Translations under genes and position numbers: made by a program
Source: Carcharhinus longimanus
Taxonomy: Eukaryota
Reading direction: 5' to 3'
DNA: 64,000 bases
Assembly: GCA_030264375.1 (NCBI GenBank)
Contig: JASCQW010000099.1
Coordinates: forward strand, 16,231,364-16,295,363
Part shown: positions 25,918 through 40,164 of the stretch, piece by piece
Layout: each line of letters opens with the position of its first letter
Position numbering within the stretch: the first letter of the stretch is position 1
The notes under the pieces: model-generated
What the model saw: the letters and a program-made list of their open reading frames with translations, nothing else
The model's database searches: none
What the model was told of the DNA's origin: nothing

Positions 25918-28900
25918 CTGATTTTGAAACATGAGAAGTAAAATCCTTCATTCAAATAGACCAGAACACAAGTCAGCGTACCTGCAGCTTAAATTATCTG
26001 GACATTATTAATGACTCAGAATTGGACATTTTATATTTCAAATAAATTTGTTCCCACTTCATTGATTTGTTGACACAAAGTTAATAGTCAGATCAATTAA
26101 TCCACACATACTGGGAAAACCTTATGGTAGGAAGCACGGATCATTGGGACATCGAGTCAGTCTCCAAAGGTCTGCTAAAATTGTACTAGTAGAAATTTTA
26201 CTTCTTATTCGCCCCAATATTTCGGCCTTTTGTTTTCTTTTGCCTTGTTTCATTGAACTTTGAAGACAATACACGTTTAATGAATTTGTATAATTTGATG
26301 ACTTTGTACACGAGGGGTGGTATGATGCTAGTTTGATACATTTCTCCCCTGGCAACGTAAGTTTAAGGATTACATCAATTCCTCTTGATGTCTGGAATAC
26401 TGTGGGAAATTAGGGGGTTAATGGTTACAGCTTGGGAATATTGCCGTTTCTGCTTCTAAGAGTTGATTTGAGGGGCAGGGGTTAGGGATTGTGTCGAAAC
26501 AGCTCCTAAGAGTGGGCCTCAGGCTATATGGTATTTTTTCCAATTGCTTGCAGATATTTTCCATCACTTGTGCCAATTATTATTTGCCCAACAGGCGCTC
26601 CATCCATGCTTTCATGGTGGGTGCTTGCTGTCATAGTCAACAAAGTCAGTAACTTTCACTGATGCAGCAAATGACCAGGCTTTTTCTCAACAGAGATCAG
26701 TTACTTTGTGGGGCAGGAAAATGTCTATAGGGAGAAACCTTATGTACCCCCAGCCCAGGATGCTCTCACTGCTCTTGCAACTGATGCGGCAATCGGTGGC
26801 TGTGGTATATCACATCACTACCGCTCTCCCTACTTCACACTCCTCCTACACCACCAGCTCCTCCAGCTGGTGGACTAGCATGACCTTCAATTTTATGGCT
26901 ACTAGCCTCATCAACTCAGTTCGAAAAAAGTACAATTTTACAGTTAACCGTGGAATAAATAATGGTGCAGACTGGTCTTAAGTCGAGTCATTATGGGTCT
27001 CCATAGTTAAATATGGATTAGGAAGATCTGACTGTTACATGTAGCCTTTTTGCATCTACAAAAAGATGCAGATGTGCTGTACCCAAGCATATTTCTAGTT
27101 ACCCATTGTAGAAGGGAAATCACCATACCATACTTCATTTCATAGAATTTTCAGTGCACATTAGTGTAATGCAATCTAAAAATAGGAATTAGATGAGTCA
27201 ACTTGATGATGATTACTGGAGATTTTGAAGAAAGAATCCATTGGTGATAAAAAATTAATACCCTAAATGAACATGCAAGTTGATCAAAGATTAATTTAGA
27301 ACCTCAATCCCATTATCAAGTTTTTCAGAAGCAGAGTCTTACGAAAGAAACGTGCAAATAGAGAAGTCATGCTCCAAATATTGTTTTTAAGTTGCTTCGT
27401 TTCTTCAGGCTGATGGTTAAGGTGTTGGTCTCTGCCTTTTGACCCAATTCCAAGCTCTATCATTGGCAGGGAGCAAAGAATGGAGGTCAGTACTGTAAAT
27501 GATGAGCCACTGCCCAAACAAGTAAAATAAAATCTCATTTGGGTTATAAATATTGCAGATACTTCTTTCGTGAAGCCCTATGTGCTGGAGAAAAAAAATA
27601 ACCAGCATATGGTTATACACCCACTGCATTATTACCCTGCCGTATACCCACAATCACACTGCATTGTTACCTGTAGTTATATATCTGTTAGATTGTAAAT
27701 AATAGTACCATTTTTGCATAGTATATAGTATTCTCAACAACAAACATGGCAAATCCAGGAAGTCAGCCTGATGATCTAATTCTTGCAACAAGTGATCAAC
27801 CTTGTCCCATAGGTGATTTCACTTCAGACTGCAAACTGGCGCAAAGCTAATTTAAGTTTTAATAGTTCACTTTAAATTTAATAGAACTTTAAATTTGAAT
27901 GACTTTAAACGTTACCAGCGCTCCCATTCTCTGAAGATGAACATTCTCATCAGCTTATTGAGCACAGTACAGATAAGAATCAAGAGACCACTAGATGAAA
28001 AATACATTAAGCATTTATATTGTTCAACAGGACTTGAATGACATTTTCCACTTTACTTCCTTTTATTACAGTCTTTTTTAACTTGTGGATCCCCCCATTA
28101 TGTGTGATTTTGTAAGCTGGGTCTTTTCATCAGCAGAATCCCTGTAACCCAATTCTTTGGATTGTAGTTTAAAAATGAACAATTAACCATCTCTTAAGAG
28201 ATCAGAGTTTCAAAAACACTCAAGGTTTCCTTGCATTGTTATTGTTGCCAGAGCATTCACAAGGCCAAGATGTTACAGGCTGATGTAAATATTTAACATT
28301 AGCCCCTTATTAATCAGGAAGATGACAAAAGTCAGATGGTGCTCAGAACATTGGATTTCATTTGGAAGGCAAATAGCAGCCTTTTCTCAGGTACTGCAAT
28401 GCTGGTCTCTTTTGCTATGCTATGCCACGGCTGCTCAATATCTAACAATACAGTAAGGTAACCCAGGGATCTAACTTAAAAAACCTTGTTGTGATCAGAA
28501 CCAGATTTTTACATGTCTCATACATACCCAGAGGTGATGTCCAATCTTTTTGGAATCACACTGATAACACTTAATTCAATGAGAAAGACATTTTGCAAAT
28601 TATATTAAATAATGGCAAAGGTACCTTTTCCTGCATTGGTGGGCCCGACATAAAATAATTTCTAACTGTTCTCTTATAATTTTAACCTTTTAAGTCTGAT
28701 GAAAGCCTACCGTAGAACTTGTTGAAAAATCTGACCAGCAGTTTGTTTATAAAGTCACTAGACCACTGACATCCTTGTACCTTATTAACATGCCACAGAT
28801 GGCTGATGTTCCAATTGCCCATTTTATAAAGAATGGCACTTAACTAGAAAAAACAATCCAGCAGGTGGAATAATGTTATTATTCTCTGAAACAAAGGCAG

Positions 28901-29621
28901 TAAATGTTGTAAACCTACTGTCTTGCAATGCAGTACAGAGATACCTTTGAGAAAATTATTAGTGCATCTACTTCACCTCATGAAATTAGACATGGGAGTT
29001 TGATTGTCTCCAAGTTTCAGAATTCTTGATCCACCACTGTCACACAACAAAGTCATTTCTACAGTAATGACACTACTTCAGTGATGGGAACTTGTATTCA
29101 TTTGCTTATATTTTTATCCTGAAGTTACTTTAACACTTAAATCCCAGTGTGTAGTTAACATGAGGTTGTGAATGGTCAAAATGACCTATTGAAACAAGTG
29201 GAAACAAGTGGAAACAGAAAGCGTCCAAGTATTCAAAGGGCAGATCTGTGGAAAGAAGATAGGTTTAATATTTTCTCTCGACAGTTGTTGCCTGATCCAA
29301 GTATAATAGGCATTTTCTGTTCTCACCTTCCAGCACCTATAGCCTTTTGCTTCTTGTCCTCTTGAAACAAATATTTTGTTTGAGATATAAAAGTCTATAA
29401 AGAGCAAACTTAAGCATCTCACTGGATTCTTCAAATACATAGTAATTTAAAATGGCTGGCTGAAATCCTATTTTCAATCTGTAACCTAAGAGGTATGATG
29501 AGTTGGGAACATAACTGACATTTCATGAACTATCTGCTCCTATATCAAAGCCTATAAACTATCTAAATTTTCAATCCAAACCTTGGCAACAAAACAAACA
29601 GAATAATAAGATGAAGGTATT

Positions 29622-30689
29622 GGGGGTGATGCTCCCAGCCTGCTGCATTCCTCTTGCAGCGCAGCGAGCCAGAAGGCTCAAGTGGAGGCTGTTTTGCGGA
29701 CTCCAGCAAGGTTTACAAAAGTTCCCCACTTGCAGGGGAGTGGCGGTCCAACCCTGCTGGAGTGAACCCCCCCCCGCCCCCTGAGGATTGGGCGCAGAGG
29801 TGGTGGTGGTGCCTCCTGGAAATTGGCAGGGCCAGCCTGGGCCCCCTGGCACAGCCTAAGAGGCAAAGTGCCAATGCCCAGGGGGCACCTTGGCATTGCT
29901 AAGCATCAAGCAATGCCAAGGGGATGGGGCCTAATGGAGGCAGGTCCTCTGGGGAGATTGATGCCACTCTGCAGTCAGGCTGAGTGACAGAGGGAGGCCA
30001 GTGATCAGGGCTGGGCACTGGGTTAGGGTCAGCCTGCCTATGCGGGGTGAGGGTGAGATGGGGGTAGGGGAAGAGAAGAGATCCAGGCCCGAGTTGGATA
30101 TATGTTTGGTGGCCCAGCAATTAGGCTGTGTGGGGGGGCTCTGCAAGCCAACGACGTGGGGGTCATAGAGCTGGCCAGCGATGGAGCTGATTAGGCATCA
30201 TCTAACAGCACCGAGATCAGCGCATGCGCAGTGGCCCCGCACTGCTGGCCTCCTGATCACTGGCCAGTCTCGCATCACTGGCTTGCGGAACCATGGTCCG
30301 ATCGCTGGCCCACCAAACATCTGGCCAGCCTCAGTCTCTCCACCCTGCAGTCACGACCTCCCCCAGCAGGTTGAACCACACCCACCACGCCCCTCCCCCC
30401 GCCTCCCGCCCCAATGCCCAGCACTGATTACTGACCTCCCTGCCTCTGCACTCGCATCAATCTTGGCACTGACAGATCGGTGCATGTGCAGTGGCCTGCT
30501 CAGAGCTATGCTGCCGGCCTCTCCAGCAGAAATAGATCCCACCCACTAAATTTGAGATGATTTACAGAGGCTCTCTGCAGCACAGAGTGTGGGAGTTTCA
30601 TTTTGAAACACCCACTGGTTTTTTGAGCGGCATTTACTTCAGCTTTTACGTAAGTTCGACACTTAGTTTTTTTGGGGGAAAATTGCCCC
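29622..30689. mobile_element. GC-rich putative non-autonomous DNA transposon with imperfect terminal inverted repeats
   Basis: Sharp GC-rich block in an AT-rich intron; starts GGGGGTGATGCTCCC and ends GGGAAAATTGCCCC. Confidence 0.55.
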
Positions 30690-30759
30690 AATCATCTTCC
30701 TGTTGGCTGGAAGGACCCATAATGAAATTGATTTGTGCACTCACCACCTAGTAAGGGAC

Positions 30760-31062
30760 ACAGAATCCTGAATGCAGGGGAGGCCATTTGGTCCATCGTG
30801 CCTGCACTGACAACAATCCCATCCAGGCCCTACCCCTTTTTCCCCACGTATTCACCTTGTCAGCCCCCGACACAAAGGTGAAATTTAGCACGGCCAATTA
30901 ATGTAACCTGCACTTCTTTGGTGGGAAGAAACCACAGCACCTGGAGGAAACCAACGCAGACACGAGGAGAATGTGCAAACTCCACACAGACAGTGACCTG
31001 AGTCTGGAATTGAACCTGGGTCCCTGGCCTTGTGAGGCAGCAGTGCTAACGACTGTGCCGCC
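30760..31062 (-). mobile_element. V-SINE (HE1-like) with CR1-type tail
   Basis: Head GGCGGCACAGTCGTTAGCACTGCTGCCTCAC, V core and tail. Confidence 0.85.
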
Positions 31063-31919
31063 TTTACGTATAGTAAAAAAATCCACATCACAAGCCTGCC
31101 CATAATCTTGCATGGATGTGGAATGAACAAGTTCAGGGTGCTTCTGAATTTGTGGTTTGGCAACATTATTCAGCACTTTAGCTTCAAAATTTTGAACTCA
31201 GCTATTTCAGCCAAATGTCCTTTTGTGTTTATTCAGTTTCCTACATCCCTTGTTTCAATGCACTCTCTCTATACCTGACCCTGGAAGTTCTTCCTGTTGA
31301 TTTCTATTGCCTAAATTGGGAAAGCTATAATGACACTGATGTCTAACATAAATGAGCAGAAAACAAAACCTTTTTTCCAACGCTTTACTTACTGCAATAA
31401 ACTGGAAATAAAATAAAAACCTGATTCCAACAAGGTGAAGATTACTTTTCTACAGAAGGACAGATTACACAAATCTCTTCAGCTGAACAATCAATAACTG
31501 CGTCACAGAAGACATGGCTAATCCTAGATGATAGAAGTTATAACATGCAAACGTGGAGGGCATTTAGAATGGATGAGAAAAGAGTCCAATAAAAAAAGTT
31601 GAATGCGAGTACCTTGTGCATGAGTCACACTGGGAGATGAGGGTGGGCAAATGAGCACCAGCAGTAAAATAAAACAATGGTAAGATATTCTCCTTGTTCA
31701 TTTGTGATCAATGAGAAATGGGTCAGGTGATCATTTGGGGTATGCTAAAGACTTATCAAAGAAACGACTCAAAAGAAATGACTCATTACCTGACAATATC
31801 AGAAAGGGAGTGAGGAACAACAGGTAGCACTGACAGGATATGAACCATGTCTTCAACTAGCAATGTCTAAAAGCATCAACTCAGAGCATTCCAGGTACAT
31901 ATGCACCTCCACTATAAAC

Positions 31920-32780
31920 ATGTATTTATTTATGCCTTTAGTGTAGCAAAATGTCCCAAAGTACTTCACAAAATCATTATCAGAGTTCAATAACAAGAAA
32001 CACGGATATTAGGGCAGATGATCCAAATAAAAGCTTGGTCAAAGAAACAGGCGTTAAGGAGCACCTTAAGGGAGGCAAAAGAAGGTAAACAGGCAAGTGT
32101 TTTAGGGAAGGAATTCCACAGCTCAGGGTCTAGGCAGAAAGCACGGCCATCTAATGCGGAAGCAATTAAATCGGGGTGCATGAGAAGCAAGAATTTCAAG
32201 GAGCACAGATATCTGAGGAATGTAAGAAATTACACAGCTAGGGAGAGCCAAGGCCATAGAGAGGTTTGAATACAAAAAAAGAAAATCTTAAAGTCAAGAT
32301 GTTGTTTAACCAGGAGCCAATGTAGATCAGCAAACCTGGGATGAAGGATGATCGAGGCTTTGTGACTGGGGCACGGGCAGCAGAGTTTTGTTTGAACTCA
32401 AGTTTATGGAGGGTGGACTGCGGGAAACCAGTCAAATGAGTGTTGGAAGAGTCAAGTCCAGAGGTAACAAATTCATGGGTGATAGCTTCAGCAGCAGATG
32501 AGCCAGGGTGGAGTCAGATGGTTTAAAGAGGTGGAAAGGAAAAGTTTTATTGATGATGCATGTGTAGTCGTAAGTTCATCACAGGCTCAGTCTCAGATAA
32601 AGTAAGGGAGAGGGATGAAGTCAATGGATAAAAAAGATTGTGGCAAGGACCGAAAACTATGGTTTCATTTTCCCATAATTTTAGTTGGAAAAACCTCTAC
32701 TCAGACAGTACTAGCTGTTGGTGAAGCAGTCGGATAAGTTAGAGACCACGAAGGAGTCAAGATGGTTGGCAGTGAAGAGG
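31920..32780 (-). mobile_element. Decayed L2 LINE 3' fragment
   Basis: TGFPQSTLHKLEFKQNSAAR and RAFCLDPELWNSFP are typical L2 ORF2 C-terminal remnants. Confidence 0.7.
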
Positions 32781-33146
32781 AACAGTGTCAGCTGTTGCTC
32801 AGTGGGTAGTGCACACACATCGGAATCAAAATGCTGTGGGTTCAAATTCCACTCCAGAGACCATGTAATGAGGTGACGCCTTATTAATTAGACATTAAAC
32901 CATTTTGCCCTCTCAGGTGAGGATTTCCCCCCCAAGAAAACAAGGTGTTTCTCCCAGTCCCCTGACTAATACATATCTTTTAAACCATATCTCTAAAATA
33001 TACAATACTTTTCACTGTATGCTAATACATGCAACAATAATAAATCAAATCAAATATATGATTTTGTCAATATTGCATTGCTGTTCGTCAGGCTTTGTTG
33101 CATGCACAAGGGCAGTTCCATCTCCTGGCATTACAACAGTGACAGT

Positions 33147-33272
33147 GGGCGGGACTTTTCAGCTTCGTTGGCCAAGATGGGAAATCCCTGTCCGAGGTCA
33201 ATGGAGATTTCCATTGTAGGTTCCTCGCCTGTACTCATTCCATGGTAGGCGAGATGGCAGAGTTCCGGCCTA
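33147..33272. mobile_element. Small MITE-like element of about 125 bp
   Basis: Imperfect inverted termini GGGCGGGACTTT ... AGAGTTCCGGCCT. Confidence 0.45.
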
Positions 33273-35223
33273 CGTGTCCATAATATCTGCTTGAACAGGA
33301 GTGGAAAATGAGGTGATAAGAACCTATAAAGGGCAGAATACCATGGCAGGTAGGTGAACACAACAGATCAACTGGACAGTTGATTTTAACTATAGTTGGT
33401 GGTAGAAAGTGGGTGATAGTTGATCCACTATCATTAAACATTCTGTTAATGTTCCTGTCCCACTTGGGTCAAAAATGTATATAGGACAGTCTCCTTGTGA
33501 AGGCTGAGTAGAATTGTTCATGAGTTAATTTGAGGTGGTCATCAATGGATAGGATGTTGCAGCAGTTGCTGTACTTAAAGCACAACAGACATTATAATGA
33601 TCAGGACCTGGCAGTAAGTTATTGGACCAGGAGCAGCGATAACACAATTCTCTGTTAGAGAAAGAAATATTCAACATCCAGAACTGTGAACATAACCTTG
33701 TTTCTGGCAATTGAATTGGTAGCAATGTGACATAACTGGCAGCCGAGTAACATAGAGCAACAAACTTCAGAGAGAAGTCCGACTTAGAGATCTTAAAAAC
33801 AGGAGTGGAATTGCCACCTGCTATGCCTCAAAAAAAACTTCTACAATCTGATCTCAGTATATCACTTGCAAATCAACTTGGCTAGGAAGAGTTGCAAAAC
33901 ATATTTGCTGTTTAATTAAATCTCCTGCTGATTAAATAGACGATACAAGTTTCTCATCTATGTTGACAAAGGACTCAATACTAAGATCCAGTGGCAGTGC
34001 TGAGAATTAAATGGATTGTAATGATTTTCCATCCCTACTCCCATCTTCACAAACACACTCATGGGCACAAAATTACAAGATATTCTGACAAGGATTTAAC
34101 ATTTGGGGAATAAGCAGTGAGATAATGTGTGACAATGCTCTAACTACAATCCAGCCAGGGTTAATGTACAGAAAACTTGAATGGTCTACTTGCAATTAAG
34201 GGTCCTGAATAAAATGAAATAGGATAGCCTAATCAGGTTCCTACTGGACACAAGTCTACAGTATAAAACAATCTGCAGTTTAAAAGTGACACTGAGGTAG
34301 TACCACCAGTACGGCTCAAATGGAAATTGTGACAGTGATGCCAAGCACTNNNNNNNNNNNNNNACTCAAGTAAGACGTCATAAGAAATTGTGGGAGGTTC
34401 CTCAAACCATTGCAGCTGAGCACAATCCTGTTCTGAACCTGATACCTGCCATACATGCACATTTTTAACTCTGTTCATTGAATACTGATCAGCAGTGGGA
34501 ATCTTGACTGATTTCCCCTCTATTCTCGCCCTATAGATGGTATATGAAATGGGAGTTCTGGCTAGTTTTCCCTTTTAGGCCATGAGCACTTATTTATTCC
34601 TAGAATTTGGACTTCAGTGGATCTTTAGTATTTGTTTATCCCTTCTTGCCCTCAAGATGGTAGCTGCAGGCCCTCTTCCTGAACTGTGACAGACCATGTG
34701 GTGAAGACATTCCTACAGTGCTGTTTGGTAGGGAGTTCAAGGCTTTAATTCCAGCAATAATGAAACATGTCCAAATTAGAGACTTGGAGGGACAGGGTTA
34801 CAGAGGTGATGGACTTTCCCATACATTTGTTTGCCCTCGCCCTTCCGGATGATGGAAGTCTTGTGTTTGTGCGGTTTTGCCAAATGCTTGGCTACTTGCT
34901 ACAATGCATTTTGCTGATATTAAGGTTGAGCCAAAAGACTTGCTGCTCTATACAGTTCGTTAAACTCACTAAATCATAATGATAGTTTGCTCTCCAGCTC
35001 ATTCTGAAGCAAGTTAATTCTTACAGACAGATCAGCATTTAACATTCTGCTATTACTGTGGTAAGAAATAAATAAGCTTTATTAAAACTACAAGCACTTA
35101 TCTGCACTTGCAGATTGGCAGATCAACATGTCTACCCATTTGTTGTTTCCAGTTGCACACAAATAAATGTAAACATACGAAGAATATTTCAACACCAAGT
35201 ATCGTGCTAGCCTCCGCACTTAC

Positions 35224-35274
35224 CTAAATCAGGTTTCAGTTCAGTCGGCAAGCTTAGTTTTCTTGACATCTTCG
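35224..35274 (-). CDS. STXBP5: STXBP5 exon, 51 nt: AKMSRKLSLPTELKPDL (17-aa segment missing from s-tomosyn)
   Basis: Acceptor GGTTTTTTTCAG, donor GTAAGT, phase 1-1; near identical to mammalian AKMSRKLSLPTDLKPDL. Confidence 0.94.
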
Positions 35275-35559
35275 CTGAAAAAAACCCACAGAAAGTTAGG
35301 TTTAGGCAAAATGGTACAAACCAGTACTGAAGCGTGGAGTCATAAACTGATATATTTCCTTGTCGATTCAAGACCACTTAATACATACTGCAGGATTAAC
35401 ACAAGCCAAGATTCCAATGAGATTTGCCAAACACCTCCCCCTTTGAAGGGTTTACCTTAGAACACAAAGATGGTTTCCAAACACCATTTTTGAAACTCAG
35501 CATATCACTCCACCCCACTTCAATGAAATACAAGACAATATCAGCAGCAGCCAACACTT

Positions 35560-36495
35560 GCATTTAAATAATGCCAAGGCCCTTTAAAGGATCAATTATC
35601 AGAAAAAAATGTTGAGCCACATGAAGAAATATTACAACCGGTGAACAAAAGTTTGACCAATCAAGTAGGTTTTAAGGAACACTTCAGATGAGGAAAGAGA
35701 TTTAGGGAGGAAATTCCAGGTATCAGCAGGTGAGCTTAAATAGGGTTGAAAGTCAGCATTCATTGTGACAGAGAGGAAGTTCAGCTCTAGATCAATCTGG
35801 ATGGCAAGACTGTCAATGGTCCAATTTAGCCTCACAGCTTGTGACCAGTGAGAGGGATGGAGTTAGTGAATAGGGAACAGAGCTTATCTGTCTGATTTTC
35901 TCCATACTACACTACAGAAAATGCTAGATGTCAGACAAGCAGGTTGACAAATCAACAACAGCAGTGGCGTGGTTGAGAGTGGTATTGTTAAAGTAGAGCT
36001 GGGTGGCATCACTAGATATGTAGAACAGAAGGTCACTATTTATGATGACACCAAAGGGCAGCTTCTTGGGGGATACCAGAGGTAATGGCATGGAAATGGA
36101 TAAATAAGCCATTGCAGATGATTTTATGGCTACGACTGAATAGACAGAAATAGAACCAATGTGGACTATACAGGAGTCGGGGTGGACGATGCGGTTACCC
36201 AGTTAACGGCCACAGATAGGTCAAGTGGGTGAGAAGATAATTTAGCACTAACAGTCACAATGTCACGTGATTTTGATGAGGGCTATTTCAATACTGAGGC
36301 AAAAATAGAAATCTGATTGATGGGGTTCAAAAATGGAGTTGCAGGAAGAATTGAGATGACAACACATTTAAGCAGCTTTAAGAGGAAAAAGATGCTGGGG
36401 AGGAAGTACGTTTGCCAGTACAGAGGGAACAAGGACTTTTTTGGTGGTGTTAACGACAAAGAGTATGAGGCAGCACTTGAGGAGAACAATCAACA
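35560..36495 (-). mobile_element. Highly decayed L2-like LINE fragments
   Basis: Shares segments with 31920-32780 (e.g. TTTAGGGAGGAAATTCCAG; ATGCTAGATGTCAGACAAGCAG). Confidence 0.55.
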
Positions 36496-37289
36496 ATTNN
36501 NNNNNNNNNNNNNNNNNNNNNNNNNNNNNNNNNNNNNNNNNNNNNNNNNNNNNNNNNNNNNNNNNNNNNNNNNNNNNNNNNNNNNNNNNNNNNNNNNNNN
36601 NNNNNNNNNNNNNNNNNNNNNNNNNNNNNNNNNNNNNNNNNNNNNNNNNNNNNNNNNNNNNNNNNNNNNNNNNNNNNNNNNNNNNNNNNNNNNNNNNNNN
36701 NNNNNNNNNNNNNNNNNNNNNNNNNNNNNNNNNNNNNNNNNNNNNNNNNNNNNNNNNNNNNNNNNNNNNNNNNNNNNNNNNNNTTTATGTAGTCCAGTCA
36801 GATCTGCCAATGTATTGCCAGATCAGCTGTCCAACAGCAATTTTCAAATCTGCTATCCATAAACTTTACTTCAAAGCTACTTCTCCTTCCATTGGAATAC
36901 AAAGGTAGTTCTTTCAATTGTATTTGCAACTCAACAATATCACTTCATCAGTAAAATGTAAAGCACCTTTTCAGTTTTCTTTGGAGCTCAATCTACCCTT
37001 ACCATCGAAATACAAGGCAACTTCTGTCACAGTATTTGGAACTCAGTAATCTCTCCTTTCCCCTGAATACAAGACAATTGTTCCAGTCATATTTGGAATT
37101 CACCAATACCTATTTTCCTTCTATTCAAATAGAAAGCAACCTTTTATTTACAAATTTGCATCAAGCCATATCCCACATGACCTTTCTCACTCCTCCAATT
37201 GGCTGGAATTGTACATTAACACCTACATCTCAGATTTTATACTTGTATGCTAAAACTAGGATGGGCCCACTCAAGCAGTGATTGTTAAG

Positions 37290-37660
37290 GTGTCAGCTGT
37301 AACTCAGCTGGTACACTTTTGTCTGAGTTAAAAGCTTGTGGATTCAAGTTCTACTCCACAGAATGGAACACTGTTTAGGCTGGCATTTCAGTGCAGCTTT
37401 GAGGGACTGTTGTACTGCCTTTCTGACCAATAATTGAACAGAATTTTCCATTTGTCCTCTTGAAGATAAGTGCAAGTTTTCTGCTGTGTCCTAGGCAATA
37501 TTTATCTCATTGCTGGCAGGTATGGCTGTGCATAAATTGGCTGGTTTGAGAGTATTTTGTGCATAAATTGTCTGTTTCATTTGTCTACAGTTCAAAGTAC
37601 TACATTGGTTGCAAGCGTTTTGTGGTGTCTAAGGTACATGAAAGGCATTAGGTAAATGCA
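37290..37660 (+). mobile_element. Degenerate DeuSINE-like element
   Basis: GTCAGCTGTAACTCAGCTGGTAC tRNA-like head and GTGTCCTAGGCAATATTTATC core. Confidence 0.6.
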
Positions 37661-38002
37661 ATTCCTTTTTTCCTTAACTAAACAGCATTAGCTGGCTTTC
37701 TTCTGAATCTTGTCTTTTGGAGGAAATCCCCATTTGACAACACATGGTCTTTTACAGGGACTGGAACTGCAACAGATCGCGGAAGAGCTAAATTCCATCC
37801 TGCTGAATCATATTAATGGGATCCTTAGATGCCTGCACCCAGATGCAAATCAACATTTAGAATGGACATGGAAGCACTGGCATATTAGTGCATTGGATAG
37901 AAAACAGAATTAACAACAGAAAACAGAACGTGATAGCGGCAAATCAGAAAAAAAGCTTTGAGAACGGCCAAAGGACAAGATAAGGATTGCCTGTTGTGAC
38001 AA

Positions 38003-38165
38003 TGGACAATGGACACTTTAGGAACTTTAAAGCAGTTATTGGATAGGCACGTGGAGCACAGCAGAATGACAGAGTGGGATAACTTGATCTTGGTTTCGGA
38101 CAAAGCTCGGCACAACATCAGGGCCGAAGAGTCTGTGCTGTGCTATACAGTTCTATGTTCTCTGT
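38003..38165 (+). mobile_element. CR1 3' end fragment
   Basis: GGCACAACATCAGGGCCGAAGAGTCTGTGCTGTGCT...TTCTATGTTC tail. Confidence 0.7.
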
Positions 38166-40164
38166 TATATAAGGGAAAAGATAAAGGAGACACTGCAATA
38201 TAAAATTCTTTAATGCCGCTGTTTCCCTATTCAGGCGATACGGAGCAAGAGGAGGAGTTGACCCCTAGACTCCTAGATCCTCGTCAATTGGTTGTTATTA
38301 AATGTGTTGCACATACGAAGGTGGACACTCCTGTGCAATTAGGGAATGCCTGTGCTGATTTGGTCTGTGCTGATTTCTCAGCATGAGAAATAATAGGGGT
38401 AACGTTATTAAATGCCCTCTTGGAACCACTCCCTTGCCAGATGGCCCTTTTGCCTGTATACAGTTTGATTTTATTGAATAACCCAAGACATGAATAAGAC
38501 TTTAATGACCCTGCTCGCAGCACCAAATGTTGAAGTGGAAACTTTCCTGCTTCTTGAATGTGGTAGAAAGACTCAACAAAAGTTTGTTCCACCAAAATAA
38601 CTTCCAAGTAGAAGTTTCCAAGAAAGAAATACGGAATAGGAGGGACCAGGCCAAATGGTCCCTCTAGTCTGCTCTGTCATTCAATAAAATCACACCAGAT
38701 CTTCTAGCTCACCTCACTTTCCAACCTAATCCGCCTTTCGCTGAATTCTCATATTGCCTAATGATCTGGAAATCTGAGTCTTGAATGTAGTCAATAACTA
38801 AGCATATACAGGCCTCTGCAATAAAGACTCAGTGCTCTGGCTGAACAGATTTTTCCCCCAGACATAATCAATGATTTCAAAAGGAAACTGGATTGGCACC
38901 ATAAAGAAATAAAGTTGCAAGGTTTTAAGGAGCGAGCGGGGAGCGGGATTGGCTAGAGCAGCTGGGATGGTATTGATGGGCCAAATGGCCTCCATCCGGG
39001 TCATAAATGGTAACAGCTCAAACCCCTCTAAGAATTTTGTATATTGCACTAAAATCATCTCTTATGCTTTTAAACTCCAGAGAATATAGGCCCATTAAAT
39101 TGGGCAAGTCAACTGCAAGTAGATTTTAAACAGAGATCAATGTAATGAACACTGACATACAAGATATGAAAAATGCCTGCACACAGACAAAAAAAAACAG
39201 TAAAAGGATATGGTTGTTGCTGCTGGTTATTCACTAAAAGTTCCCAATCAATATGAAACTTTTCAACAGGATAATGATGTACTGGGATGTTATTCAAGTC
39301 TTGTACACATCAGTTGCTGAGATAATGTGCTAAATATAGTTCTGGGCATCCTAACGTCACCATATGTTAAAGAAGATTCAGAGAAGAGCAGGAAGTGAGA
39401 TTCAGGGACTGATTTCTCAGTATAAACTAAGAAACTGAAATTAGCATTAGCGAAAAGGTTGGGGGAGGCATTATTATGCAATTATTTAATCTATCTACAG
39501 AGAAATTGAACAAGTTGCCTTCCTTTGCTGTCACACTGCAGATCACTCAAATTTGTGCCACATCTATAATTCAAAGACTGATTGTATTTTAACCAAACAA
39601 ATCAGGAAAATCACAACAAGCAGATGGTATGAATTAATAAGCAGCAAGCAGAATGAAAAGTATTATTGCATTGGAAAAATCAACATTGAGTCCGTCCAGC
39701 AAGAGTAAAAGTTTGAGTCAAACATTTTAATAGGATCATTTAAAAGTACTTTTTCTCTCAGTCTGCCAAGATTTATAACAGAATTAAAAGATCAGAAAAC
39801 ATTTTCAGTTTGCAAATATTAATCAAATTACTTTCATATCTTGAGCATCTTCACAAAGATTACACTAACAGAGACACTGTCATGTAACGATGTAAAATCA
39901 GCTGCCGTGCCCTGCACCTGCCCCATAACGCAGTACACAGGCTCAGGCTGTTCAGTCCGTTGAGTCTGCCTGTAATTTAATGATGTCATGGTTGACCTGT
40001 ATCTTAACCTCATTTACCCACATTGGTCCCACATCCCTTAATACACTGGCTTTACATACACTTATCAATGTCAGTTTAAAAAAAAATCAATTTAAAAAAG
40101 CATCTTGCTTCAATTGAAATATTTATCCATTATCCATCCATCCAAATATTTATCCATTATCCAT

